Assembly: GCF_009914755.1 (NCBI RefSeq)
Contig: NC_060941.1
Source: the human T2T-CHM13v2.0 reference genome, Homo sapiens
Reading direction: 5' to 3' (one strand)
DNA: 64,000 nucleotides
In this document: positions 28,617 through 42,540 of the stretch, piece by piece
Layout: every line of letters begins with the position of its first letter
How positions within the stretch are numbered: the first letter of the stretch is position 1
Made by a program: the position numbers and the translations under genes
Notes under the pieces: model-generated
Told to the model about the DNA's origin: nothing
Seen by the model: only the letters and a program-made list of their open reading frames with translations
Databases searched by the model: none

Positions 28617-31600
28617 TAATTTTGATGAAATAGAGAGTAAAGGATCATTGAAGGAGTCACTGTAAATTTAAACTCGTACTTAAGCATATACTACCTGAAG
28701 ACGTTTAAGAGCCATTAATGTACATGAAAGTATTAGGTAAAGTTTGAGATAAATTGTCTTATTTTTAAATGTAGTTGGAAGATCTTTGGGGGTGATAAAG
28801 AACACCTTTTTTGTCAGCAGGAGATTTCTTTTTGTGGTAGTTTTTCACGCTCTTCCGCCAGATCCAAACTTCTTGAGAGTGTGGACTGTGTCTGGTTTTG
28901 TTCAGCTAAAATCTGACATAGTGCTTGGTATCTAGTAGATGCTTCATAAATATGTGTTAAATAAATGTGCTTTACTCCTAATTTTATAAGACTTGTGTTA
29001 AGGCTGCTTCAGTAGTCAAGCTCCGCATAGTAGAAACATCTTCCAAAATGAAGATTGACAACTTAGCTTTAATATCGTTGGGTTTCATGAACGTAATACA
29101 TGTGTCTGAATGCATACATGGGGTTTTACTTTCTTTTCATGATGGGTTTTGATATATTTAACGTTTGAAATTGATTTTTAGAAACAGAACCTCAGTCTGT
29201 ACCATTACAGCTCTGGGAAGTGAGAGTTTTCTACTTCACTGTGGTTTGATTTGTGATTATCATTTAATAACCAGTTAGTAGTGAGGGGTTGCATGTACAT
29301 TGCATGGAATATTAGGGCTGGGAAGAGATTTAGTGATAGTTGCATCTAGTCCATTTTTTTTTCCAAATGAGGAAACTGAGGTAACTTCCTCACCTAAGGT
29401 CCAACTGCTGATTCTTTTCATAGAGGGAAGCTACCGCCTATCTGGTTCCTTCTCTCCTCACTGCCCTATCCTCCCTGCCCCCAATCCTGCCTGTACCTCC
29501 CTGCAAAATTTAGGCAAAGGTAGAGTCCATCTTCATGAGAGTATACATTGGGTAAGAGAATTAATGTGACGGATAGGAAGAAGTTACTATAGGAATGCTG
29601 GGAGTGGTGGTTTATGTAGTTCTCTGATTGCTTTAAGACCTTTTACTGAAGTGAAACCTTTATTCTTAGCAGATTTGGGTTCATGGATGTAAGCATCTGC
29701 TTAGGCTTGTGACCAGCATCTCTGTGGTCTGTGTGATAGAATACTGCTTTTCTCTGCACCCTTCAAGGACTCCTGAGCTACACACTCTTTATATGATAGA
29801 GAAAATTATAGATGTACTTATCTGTTGGGTGGTTCTGGATGAAAGTTCCGTTTTCTTTGTCTGCACAGCCCCTGATGAGCTCTTCCCTGCTCTGCTGGGA
29901 ACTGGCCCTCATCCTCCTTTTCCATCAAGGTTCCTCTTCAGGCTTTGAGCGGATCCATGCGGAGAGAGAACAGTCTCCCGCCTTTCCCCATTTCAAGTCC
30001 CTGGAGCCTCTAGGCTCTGGGGGGCAACACCGAATACAGGGGGCAGAGTGTGGTGCCCATCCGGCATCATCAGCTTTTGCAGCCTCAGCCCCCAGCTGAC
30101 TACAGGGACACCTCTGCCATGCCTCCTTTCCCAGGGCCATGGCTCCGGAAGAGCCAGTATCTGGAGTCATGGCCCTGGGACCAGAGGCATGACAGAGGTC
30201 TCCCTGTAGTCAAAACCTGTGCTTGGGTTCGTGGTAAGCCATCTGAGGCATCTGCTGTGTTCCTCCCCTATTCTTAAGGGGTGGTCTCTCTCTCTCAGGG
30301 TTGAAGCCTAAATCTGGGGCATGGGTCTGATGCAGGTCCTTAGGGGGCCAGCCCTGTGGTGCACTGAGCCACAAAGAGGTTCCAGATTGAAACCCTTACA
30401 GATCTTCCTCCATTAGTGCTTGATTTTCATTCATGGTGCAGAGAACTTGCAGGACAAGGTTCATTTGCCCTTCTCTACCATTCCTCCTTTGCCTTTGTCC
30501 ACATAGATGAGGAGCAAGGTGGCCTTCAGGAGACTTTCTGGGGCACTAGGAAATGGCCAAGTGATAGGATGCAGAGTTGAAGACGGCTGTTTTAGGCCAG
30601 GGCTCCCAGCACTGTAGCTTGATTACTGCTGATTACTTCAGTTCCTCCAACCAATCCTTTACCTTCCATGCAGAGAGGAAAAGTCCCACTTACTGACTGG
30701 CAGAGGGCTTTCCAAGGAAATCACAGGCCCCAAGGAAAAGTGGAGTGTTAATTTGCTTCATGGGGTGAAACTGCTTTCTGAAAGCATGGTTTGGGCCTCC
30801 AGTTTGTAATAAAATCACAGCCAGCCCTTATTGTTCACACTGGAAAATTTATTCTTGTTTGTGTACCACTAATGACTAGCTTTCAGAATGCTTACTTTCT
30901 TCTCATAATTGTCCACTAATTTACTGTCCTTCTGATGGGAAGAATAACAATGTATTTGAAGTTCCTTGGGCTACTGGGTTTATTGTTTTCGATACTTTTA
31001 GATATTTCAAACATGGACCTTTTACGTGCTTTATGTTGCGCAATATTCATATTTATTAGGGCTATTTAATAGCGATGCAAATGAGTTCAGTGCAGCTGTG
31101 CCGGACAATAGTCATGGAAATGAATTCATCTTGTTGCTTTTTTCTTTTCTTGGGTCATTCTGATCTTTTCATACTTTTCTTAATGGAACAAGCACGTTTC
31201 TTCAGGAAAGGTGGCCTCATGTTTTCATTTGTCTGCAGGACAAATAATTTGAGTTTCATTTCTTCCTGTGGCTCATGATCCAAATTGGTCAGAATAAAGT
31301 TGGTTGCATCAGAAATATTGCAGAAGTTTAGTCTCTGCTCTCCAGAGGTTGGCTGAGAAAGCTTCACTCTGGGTAGCTGTCGCTTCCCCTCTGCGCTCCA
31401 GCAAAGTCCATGCTCATCAGTGACACACATGCCCTTCCCCTCCATTGTATTACTCTTAAATTCCTTCTGAAACTAAGAATTTAGCACTAAATGGAATTGA
31501 TTCCTGAGTTGGACACATTAGTAGTTCAACCCTGGTTGCCAGCTCTGTCCCTCTTCCGCACATCATTTGCAGCTTTTAATCTTCACTGAAAGCCAATAAT

Positions 31601-32619
31601 TAAGTATAGCAGAATTATGTCTGAAGCAAGGCCAAATTGGCACTGGGTAAACCTGAGGACCCGTCCCATGGAAAACCAGTAATAATTTCCCCCCGCATCC
31701 TAATTCTTTTTTCATTTCAAATCAGCATTTCCAAAGCACTTTCAAGACCGTTCCCTTTTTTTATCCTTAGGCTGAAACATGCCCTGAAAGGAAGGGGAGA
31801 ATGTTTTAGTGACTCATATTCAAGAAAGAGAACATTGCCAAAAATTTGCAACAACAAGGTAAATTTATTACTCATGCAAGTAAGAAGCAGAGCTCTCTTC
31901 AGTGGCAGCTTTCCTCAGCAAAGCTGGGAGCCGATCTTGTTTAGGATCTTGGGAAGCGTGAAGTTCGAGGCTGGTCAGGCTTTGAGAGGTGGGAGTGAGA
32001 GGTCATTAGCAGGGTCCTTGGATGAGTGCCTTGTTGATCAGCTGTTGACAAAAGCATGGGGATGTCAGAAGCCCGTGTACTGGTTCTGAGCTGTCATTGA
32101 TTCTTAAACTGGTAGTTTCTTGTTACCATGACTACAGATCATTCCCCCACCTTTACTTCCCCCAAGCACACTCTTCCTCCACATACGCTTTTTGATGTTT
32201 TCTCAGACAAAGCTTCAGGAGAGACCCTCAGGGAGAATCTTCCCTGTGGTGATTAATTTTCCTCCCTGATAATATTTTATTTTCAGGGGGTCTGATTTTC
32301 ATTTGCATTAAATATGTGAGAAAACTATGGCTTAGGGAGGTCATGGGGCTTTTCTAAGTTCCTGTATTTGGCCAGTTGGAGAACCTAGGCCTTGTCACTT
32401 CTTGAGATCTTAAGAGTCTTGATGCCAGGGACTGGGCCTTATTCTTGTGAGTTTCTTTGGTATTTTGCATGTAGTAGGTCTGTAGTTGCTGTTTGTTGAT
32501 TGAATAAGTGATACCACCAGTGCACTGAGCAGGTCAGATTTTGTTTCTAAGTCAGCACAGGACCCATCAGTACTGATAAAGCCCCAAAACCCCCACCTTT
32601 GCAGTCAGCCTATTGTGTA

Positions 32620-32698
32620 TTTGGTTGGAGCAAAAGTAATTGTGGTTTTTGCTATTTTTTTAATGGGAAAAACTGCAATTACTTTTGTACCAACCTAA
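32620..32698. mobile_element. MADE1 (Hsmar1-derived palindromic MITE)
   Basis: ttggttggagcaaaagtaattgtggtttttgc...aaaaactgcaattacttttgtaccaacctaa matches the MADE1 consensus. Confidence 0.95.
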
Positions 32699-33030
32699 GA
32701 CCTTTCAGTAAGTGAGAGGGCAGCTTGTGAAGCCAGGCTCTTTGTGAGGTGTGAGCTACTGAAGGTTAAGTGTCCAAAACTAGACTCTGATGTGTGCAGT
32801 TAGCCGGGGGGAAGGAGGTAGTTCAGAAAACCAGAAGGTGGCAGCTAGAATTAATAATCCCTGCCTCCTAGTTTGGATATACCCTCACTGCCTTTTTTTA
32901 AAAGCAAGAACTCTAGAGATTAAGTGTTCCAATAGCTGGGATGCTTTTGGAAGGCCGTGTATACCTCAGTGTATGTGTTCCCAGTAGTGTGTGCCCTGGA
33001 GGAAACCCCAGGGCCCAGAGCTTCCCTGCA

Positions 33031-33079
33031 GCCCCGGCCCCAGCTCTGGCCCCGGCCCTGGCCCTGGTCCTGGCCCTGG
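33031..33079. repeat. Degenerate (GGCCCY)n hexamer repeat
   Basis: gccccggccccagctctggccccggccctggccctggtcctggccctgg. Confidence 0.85.
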
Positions 33080-33246
33080 AGGCATCTTCTAATGAAATTA
33101 CCTCCACTGAAGTTTCCTATAAACATAGTCAAGAGCAGCCTCTCTCCCTGCTGAGCTATTGCAGATCCCTCCCACTTCCTCTTCTGCTCTCCTTTCTCTG
33201 AAACACCAAGTGAGGATGCGTGTTTGCTTGTTTATGGATGGAGTAG

Positions 33247-33612
<366 letters not shown>

Positions 33613-34431
33613 TGAGGAGTTTCTGAAACATCTCACTCAAACCTCCAGCAGTGAGGCCTGGGCACCTGGTTGTTAACTGAGTTTCCCTGAGGACCCTCAG
33701 TCTTCCTCATTAGTAGGCCTTGCCCTGGTCAGGCTTCCTCAGTTTGTGGATGGAGCAGGTAGGGCGCACGGAGGTGAATCTCCTGAGCCAGGAGCAGCAG
33801 AGCCAGGATGGACCCTGACTTCTAGCTTCCCTCAGCCTGAGCTCTTTCTCTCCTGCCACACTCTTCTTGGGCCTCTTGCTGTCACCCTGGGCTTGTCAGG
33901 TGCCAGCAGGAACTCTTGGGCAAATGGGTCCTATTTCTGCTTGAGTCTTGAGGTTTGGAGCAGCTTAACTGGGAGAGAAGGCAGCATCCTTTAATGGGGG
34001 CTGGCAGTTTAATGCCATCAAGGGGTAGGATGGGAGTGTGGAAGACAGCCCGTCTTCATTAGACTTTACAATGTGGCTTATCAAGTGCAGTGTTTGAAGA
34101 CCTTGTGAAGACATCATGAGCCTCACAGTGCTAAGAGGGACCTGAATGAAAGGAAAACAATGGCTTTCAATGATGATTTGGGAAACATGGATGATGCACT
34201 GATCTGAGCTTATAGATCCTGTCCTTGGGTGAACAGGGAGAGGTCAGAAACAGGAGGATGCTTAATTCATTCCAGCCACCGCTGCTGGAGTTGTTTTAGC
34301 AAAGCTCCCCATTTCTGTAGTTGGTGCTGGCATTTTGACGATTTCCCCCTTTGCTATGGTGATCTGGAAGCACAGAGCCAGATGTGTAGCTGCTTCTTTG
34401 TTCCTAGGCACGCCTTTTTTCCCCGAATGTG

Positions 34432-34690
34432 GCCTTGGAGTCAGATTGCCCAGGTTCAAACTTTGGTTCCTCGGCTTGTTAGCTGCGTGGCCTAGACAGC
34501 TTGCTTAACTTCTCTTGCCTGGGTTAGAATGATAGCACCCCAGCAGTCCTAATAACAATTCCTGGGCTACAGTATTTACTACCTACCTTGTGGGGTTATT
34601 ATGAGGAACAAGTACAATCATAACATCAAGGGCTGAGAGCCTTCCTAGAACACAGTAACTATCCCATTAATGTTCACAGAACTATCACCA
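34432..34690 (+). mobile_element. MIR
   Basis: ttggagtcagattgcccaggttcaaac...cttaacttctc...ggttattatgagga. Confidence 0.75.
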
Positions 34691-35559
34691 CTCATGAAAT
34701 CCTAGCTTGAATATTTACATTAGTCTTGTTTCTCAAACTTGACTCTTTGGTTTGATCGACATTTTCCCTAATGCTGATTTTCACCTTTATTTCTACTTTG
34801 CTGTTTGTATTCTTGGGAGTAACCTTTGATGTATGAATGAAATAAATAAATTCAAATGCCAGGCTTTTACCATGGGGTCTAATGTGCTTGAAATCAGAAT
34901 GCAATAGACGCTTTTGCTAAGCTTGAGGGCAAAGAGGGGCTAGTGCTGCATCCAGGGGTTTCAGCCTGGGGACTGCGTCCTGGCCCTCTCTGTCCAATGC
35001 CTTCCTGATTCTCCCCCACTTAAGTTGCTATCACAGTACCTTGCTAGACCAACTAACTAGCACAGTTTGAGACTTTTCTTTCCTTGCTCTGACTTCTTTG
35101 TAAGTGCAGCTTATGTTGTCAGAAAGCTCAAAATGTTGTGACAATAAGGCTGCAGTCCCGTGCAGCCGGCGTTTTGTCGTGTGGGTGTGATGGTGCTTGT
35201 GTGCTGTGTTCTTATTGGCAATCGCGAGACGCAATCACGGAATCACAGATGCCGCCTACAAAAGGTATCTATAAGGTATCTATGTTCCATAAAAGCAGGT
35301 AGCCTGTTTACTTAGCCCTGGACTAGGCCTCTGGGAGGGAGGAGGGAGAGGTGGGTGTGTGCAAATTTGGTGGGGAGAAAAAGTGTTATATAAAATTGGG
35401 AAGATATAAAGCACTGACAAAAAGAAATGTGAAAAGATGTGTTTAAAACAATGCGCATGAAGTGCGAAGTCTATGGGGCGGTTCTGATGAGCAAGCATGG
35501 AGGACTTTTTGGGGGAGGGGGGTGGTCTTAAGCTGTGTCTTAAAGCCAAAAAATGTGAA

Positions 35560-36860
35560 GAGAGGTTTCCAGATAGAGAGGATGCCATGAGTTAAGTGGA
35601 TGCAGGCATAGCGCTAAGAATAAAGGAGATTGCGTGTTTGACATGACCATCGTGAAGGACCCATGCTCTGTTGAACCTAGTAGTGAGGTTAGGATTGGAG
35701 AGGCCGAGTTACAGGATAAGGAAAGTAGCTTTGTCATCATGGGCAAGAGGAAACCACTGCAGCTTCTGAGTGGATCCATGGTGCAAATGGGTGGAAACTG
35801 GTGATGGCTGGCAGGGGAAAAGGGGGGTCCCATTTTCAGGCATTATGGAGAAAAGTTACCAGGATTTGTTCAATAATTGGATGGTAAAGAAAAAGAGTGA
35901 AGAAAAATAATTCCAAGTCTTCAGTGCTTGAGAATCAAGAGGTTGGATGGCATTGATGTTGAATGAAAATCTTGTGAAAGCTGGAGATGAATGACTTAGC
36001 AGGGGGAAGTCTTAGCACTCTTCAAGAGAGGAGAGGCAGTATGTCCCTGAAGTTTGGATTCTGGACTCTGCAATCATCTGGGTCAAACCCCGGTTCTACC
36101 AGTCATTAGCTTTTGCAACCTTGACCAAATGAACCTCTGTCTGTTTTCCCCATTTATGAGGGTGAAAATAGCACCTACCTCAGAAGGTGGTGGCGAGGAT
36201 TAAGTGAGAGAACACACGTGAAATGGTTAGAACAGTGCCTGGCGTGTGGTAAGTACCCACTGAATGCCAGTGCTTTTATTACGGTGAATATTCATTGTAT
36301 TGAAAGTCAGACATAGGTGTGGAACCAGTTATGGGAGTGAGGATAAGTCTAGATTTGGGAATCAGTCGCAGAGAGGTGGACGATGAAAGTCTGAGAAGAA
36401 AGGATCTTGCTAATGGAGTGAACTCAGAGCTTGATAAAGGGAGGATGAGTGGAAATGGAGCTCAACGCTGTGCCTTGGGAAATACCTCTGTGGATTGGTG
36501 GGAGCACAGTGAGAAATTCAAGAAAGACACAGACAATGGAATAACCAGAGAATTAGGAGGCAAATCGAGAGACTGTGTTGTCATGGGAACCGAGGAAGGA
36601 GAATTTTTTTTAAAGATGTCGTATAAGTCAGATACAATGAGAATTAAGTGAAAATTGAGGCTAACATAATGTACCACTGATTAGGCTTGAATATTATTAA
36701 ACATGCTAGAGCCGTTCAGCTGTGGGATGATTGAGAAGCCAGAGTTTATGGGATATGGGAACCGTGATGGGAGATTATAGGAAAAAGATGGAGTGGTGCT
36801 TAGAAGAGGCAGCAGAGCAAACGAAGCCAGGAGTTAAGAATTTAAAAGCTATACAAAGAG
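35560..36860 (-). mobile_element. L2 relic (MIR inserted at ~36030-36280)
   Basis: Antisense L2-like tracts (accaggatttgttcaataattggat, gatttgggaatcagtc, gagactgtgttgtcatggg). Confidence 0.65.
36030..36280 (+). mobile_element. MIR
   Basis: aacctctgtctgttttccccattt...atagcacctacctcag...gaggattaagtgag...agaacagtgcctggc. Confidence 0.85.
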
Positions 36861-38353
36861 AACTAATAGAGGGCAAGAAATTAGAAATACAAATGCAGGC
36901 AGGAATGCATGTGGGAGACCAGGTAGGGAGTTGGCAGCATGGGGAACACAGAGGAGAAAGGCCCTGCTGAGCAGGTGGAGAGGACCTTTTTTGGCAAACA
37001 ATGGTGGGCAGATGTGTGCAGTGGTGGAGAAATCTGGATCCAGGGGAAGGCACAGGCTGAGAACAGGTTTTCTCCATCATAATAAATATCTGCCTGTGAC
37101 TGGTATAAATGTCGATGCTTCTCAAACCTTAAGAAACTTCCAGCATTTTGTTTTGTTTTTCAAATGATAAGTTTCTTATTCATACTGCTTCTAAGCATTG
37201 GGAAAGAAGTAACTCAGGGAGTTTTAAAAAGCTTTTATTTTAAAGAGGTCTTGTCTCCCAGGAAACATAACTTTTGGAAACAGTTTACAAAGAATTTGCT
37301 TTTTCTCACTGACAGATAGGGTGTCTTTTGGTGGGAGCAGAGCCCCAGAGCCAGAGGACCTGCCTGCTTGCTTGGCAGTCCCCCGAGCAGACACAATTTA
37401 GGAACAGGAAACCCTAGAGAAACCTGAGTCAGGATGCTGTGGGTCCCAGAAGCAACTGGGTAGTTGTTTCAAGTTTCCTTTTTTTTTTTTTTTTTTTGAG
37501 CGGGGGGTGGGTGGGGCGGGGGCGGCTTCAAACTGGAGATTAGCAAAAATGAGTTGGATATTTCCTTAGACAGTTCAAACCCTCATAGGTGAACTCATCT
37601 CCGTCTCTGTTTCTGCTTAGTTTTCTGCACATCCTTTCTAAGAACTCACTTATGTCTATAAATACCTTTTAACAGGTTCTCTTCATATTTGGATACCAGG
37701 AGTAAATAAGTGATTTTGCAAGTATACTCAAGGATTCTGGACTAGGTGCTACTGTGCCCTTTATACAGTCTGGTGGGGTTTGGGGGGTGGGTGTGTGTGG
37801 AAAAGAGAAACTCCCAAACCCTCAAAGAGGATGGGGAACAATGTCCTGAAAGAACAGGGCTCAGGCAGCAGAAGAGCTGAGGGGTCTCTGTTCTGAACGG
37901 GTCCCCCTTCTCCCTGCCCTTCATCTTGTGTGACTGCGGTTGAGAAAGACCTGCAGGATTAAAGGATCTGGTGACCTTGGGACCCCGCACTTGCTTGGCA
38001 GTGACAGTCCTGAGGAACTGTATTCTTTCAGTTCCTCTATCAGCAAAGCAGCTCAGTAGGTAAAGGGCGAATTCCGGCATTTCAGTGTCTCTTGCCATGG
38101 GTAGCTCTCATATTTCCAGTTGATGATGTCTGGACACGTGCCCTTGTGAAATGAGTTGAGTGGTGTGAGATTGGGAGCCCAAACCTGTGAACACCCAACT
38201 GGGCTTTTTCCTGGCCATAAAAAGCTCGAATAATGGAGAGCTTTAGGAAACAAGTTGTTTGAAAACTCTGTTGAGTTGGCTTTGAGCATTCGTGGAACAT
38301 TATTTTTAAGAACCGGTTATTTCATTTAAAACAGAGTAAAAAGAGAAGATGAT

Positions 38354-38730
38354 TGTATTAGTCTGTTCTCATATTGCTGCAAAGATACTACCTGAGACCA
38401 GGTACTTTATAAAGGAAAGAGGTTTAATTGATTCATGGTTCTGCATGGCTGGGGAGGCCTCAGGAAACTCACAATCATGGTGGAAGGGGAAGCAAACATG
38501 TCCTTCTTTACAGCGCAGCAGGAAGGAGAATGAACGAGTGCTCAGTGAAGGGGGAAGCCCCTTATAAAACCATCAGCTCTTGTGAGAAACTAACTCTCAC
38601 GAGAACAGGATGGGGGATACTGCCCCCCATGATTCAATTATCTCTGCCTAGTCCCTCCTACGACATGTGGGGATTATGGGAACTACAATTCAAGATGAAA
38701 TTTGGGTGGGGACACAGCCAAACCATATCA
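38354..38730 (-). mobile_element. THE1 (C/D-like) MaLR solo LTR
   Basis: tgtattagtctgttctc...gggacacagccaaaccatatca; TSD (a/g)tgat. Confidence 0.95.
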
Positions 38731-38845
38731 GTGATTGAGGGGAGAACAGGGAATGAAACATCCCCTCTCAACAGTGGTAGGAATAATGGCCTGTCATCAT
38801 TATTGTCAGCAGTAACTGACATTTCTTGAAGACCTCAGTGCATAA

Positions 38846-39246
<401 letters not shown>

Positions 39247-40508
39247 TTTACCCACATTATACAGGTGAAAAAAATTATGTTGCTCTACCATTTCCACAAA
39301 TGGCATAGGCTGGCCTATTACTGTCCTTTTCCAAAATACGTGTCTCTCAAATAGCTCTGCAGCTCTTACAGGGCTCCTCGTTGTCCTCTGTGCTTTACAG
39401 TTTGAGATCCTTCACGTTGGAGGTTTGTAGAGGACCACAGTTGCAAAATAGGGTGCCTGGGGTCTCTGCTTATCTGCATTTTGTCAAAGGATACTATAGG
39501 TCATGGCGCATGGTCTTTTGCTGATGTTCGTTTTGGCAAGAAGCACTATTTTTCATCATTTGCCAAGAAAACCTTTTGTGCATTTTACCTTAAGGACCTG
39601 GATAGCATAAGCAGAGAAAGGGAATCAGCATTTCCATGTTTTGAAAAGTAAAACAAGACTCTTTTTGGTCTTTGCGCCCCCATGCCCTAGAAATCCCATA
39701 ATAAGTGCAACTGTCTCCTTCTGCTGATGGATTTCCTAAGTCATTCCCAGAAAGAAGTTGGGTGCTTTGTATTGTATTAATATATTCATCCTAAATAAGG
39801 GTCTTGGGGTTTTCCCCCCTTCCAAGATGTATTAAGAAGGTTGCTTACTGTAGGCTTTGATTTATTTATTTCCTATGAAATGCCAGAAACACCAAGTCCT
39901 AAAATCCTAGATCCAAGTCATTGACTTCTCAGTGATTATGACCACATTGAATTGATTAAACTCAAGTGACTGACAAGGCGAATAAAAATAGCCCAAAATG
40001 AGTCCAGACCCCATGGTTTTAAGAGCCCCCCACCAGTTCCCTAAAGCTACAGGACGGAAAGGACTCCTGATCCTTTGTACCTGAAGAGTGTGGTGCCTAA
40101 CGTATAGCCAATGTTCATTTGTTTCTTCTCTCTGTATTTTATAAACATAATTACTTTGAATGAATTGGGTTATTCGGGAAGTCAGCACATGTCTCCATCT
40201 CCTGCTTTCTATTTCTAGAGTCCTAAGATAGACTTTGCTGACAAGAAGAGGCCCCTGCCCCTTCAGAGCTTAGAGTGTAGCAGAGAGATGGGTATTCAGG
40301 AAATCCTCAAATAGTGACAGAGCCACAGCGGCAGTGAGTGACAGGCAGGAGAACTATAGGATGCTGGAAGTGCATACAACCGGGGTGTTACCTAGTCTGG
40401 GACTGGTGGTCAAGGGGGCTTTTTTGAGGCCTGGACAACCCACAGACCGAGGGTGGGCTAGTGAGAGCCAGTGAGGGACACTCTTCAAGATCCCAGCACT
40501 TAAAAGAT

Positions 40509-41110
40509 TGGTTGGGCATGATGACTCAGGCCGGGAACCCCAGCACTTTGGGAGGCTGAGATGGGAGGATTGCTTGAGCCCAGGAGTTTGAGACCAGCCC
40601 TGGCAACACCGTAAGACCCCATCTCAACGAAAAGTAAATTAGTCAGGGCCGGGTATGGTGGCTCATGCCTGTAATCCCAGCATTTTGGGAGGCTGAGGCG
40701 GGTGGATTGCCTGAGCTTAGGAGTTTGAGATCAGCCTGGCAACATGGTGAACCCTGTCTCTACTAAAAATACAAAAAATTAGCCGGGCGTGGTAGCAGGC
40801 ACCTGTAATCCCAGCTACTCAAGAGGCTGAGGCATGAGAATTCCTTGGACCCGGGAGACGGATGTTGCATTGAGCCCAGATCGCGGCACTGCACTCCAGC
40901 CTGGGAGACAAAGCGAAACTCTGTCTCCAAAAAAAAAAAAAGTAAATTAGCTAGGCATGATGGTACGTGCCTGTGGTGCCAAGCTCCTCAGGAGGCTGAG
41001 GCAGAAGGATGGCCTGAGGCCAGGAGTTCGAGATTGCAGTGAGCTGTGATCACACCTCTGCATTCCAGCTTGGACGACAGAACAACGCCCTGTTTCCAAA
41101 AAAAAAAAAA
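40509..41110 (+). mobile_element. AluJ split by a nested AluS (40646-40942)
   Basis: Left monomer, complete Alu, right monomer; aaagtaaattag duplicated at both junctions. Confidence 0.93.
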
Positions 41111-41810
41111 GATTGGGGTGCTCTTAAGCTCACAGTTCTGGCCATCTCCTCTTTCCTAAGTGGAGGGAGATCGTGGATCCCTGAGGGGGAAACCTACTTC
41201 CCCTTTCACTTCAAAGTCTGCTTCTGTTTCTAAAAATGAACTGAAACCCCATCTGTTTGCTCATGTATTTGAAAACCCTTGAAAATGTTTATTTTTGTAC
41301 ATCTTCATACGACTCTCGTCTCAGAGCTGCTTCTCCTCTTCAGGTGGTTTCTGGGCACACTGGGGACGTCTGTGCACCTCCTCTGAGTGGAAGTCAATGC
41401 CTGTGATCCCCTTTCTAAAGGAGGCACGGATAGCTGCTGTGCGGTTTTTTCAACCTGTAGCCAGTTTTCATGTTTTTGTTCTCAAAATAATACTTTTTTT
41501 TTCAGGTGAAGACAAGGAACATTTAATTTACACTGAAATGATTTTTCCTCTTAGACCTTCTGAAAGCTATGACGTATGTATATTTATACCATAATAGATG
41601 CTAATGGTGTCCTCTCTGGGTGATGGTCCCAGAGATGTTTATACCAAGGCATTTCACTCCACTAATAAATGTGGGTGGATGGATGGACGGGCGGACAGAT
41701 GGAAATATCACACAGGACTGTGCCCAGGTTCCAGACAGTTTGGCTTTAGGGCCCCAACTCTGCCAAGGGATATTTTTTATATAGCATCATGTTTTTCATC
41801 ATGATGTTAG

Positions 41811-42111
<301 letters not shown>

Positions 42112-42129
42112 GTAACATCATGATGTTAC

Positions 42130-42540
42130 AGTCCCCCAGCTCCTCACCTGGCCTCCCTGTACCCATTCCTGGCCCCCTCCCTCCTTCAATCTCTTTTCCA
42201 CTTCAGAGAGTGATCTTTAGCATTCCCAGCTCCACCCCACGCTTTCTGCCTGTAATCATTTAAAGGCTTCCCATTGCTTCTAGGATGAAGTCCAGGATCC
42301 TTAAACTGGCCTACAAGGCCCTGTATCATCAGCTGCCCTGCGTCTCCAGCCGCCTCTCCTCATCACCCACACTTTTTCTTCATAGCCTCCATCCCAGCTG
42401 TAATGCAGAATTTTGTTTGATAATTATTTAATTCATGTTCACCTCTCCCATTAGACTGCAAGCTTAGCGAGGCCAGGGGCTGTTTTGTTGTTTACCCTTG
42501 AACCCCAACCCATAGCACATGTAAGTACTCATTTGTCAGG
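42130..42540 (+). mobile_element. L2 3' fragment
   Basis: ggcttcccattgc...tccaggatcctt...ggcctacaaggccctgtat...ctcccattagactgcaagct. Confidence 0.8.

Noticed and set aside
31637-32089. 150-aa ORF
   Set aside because: TTG start, no recognisable domain, no splice context; length achievable by chance
41506-41573. ttttttttcag|...gac|gtatgt exon candidate
   Set aside because: 68 nt (frameshifting), weak donor context, no recognisable peptide
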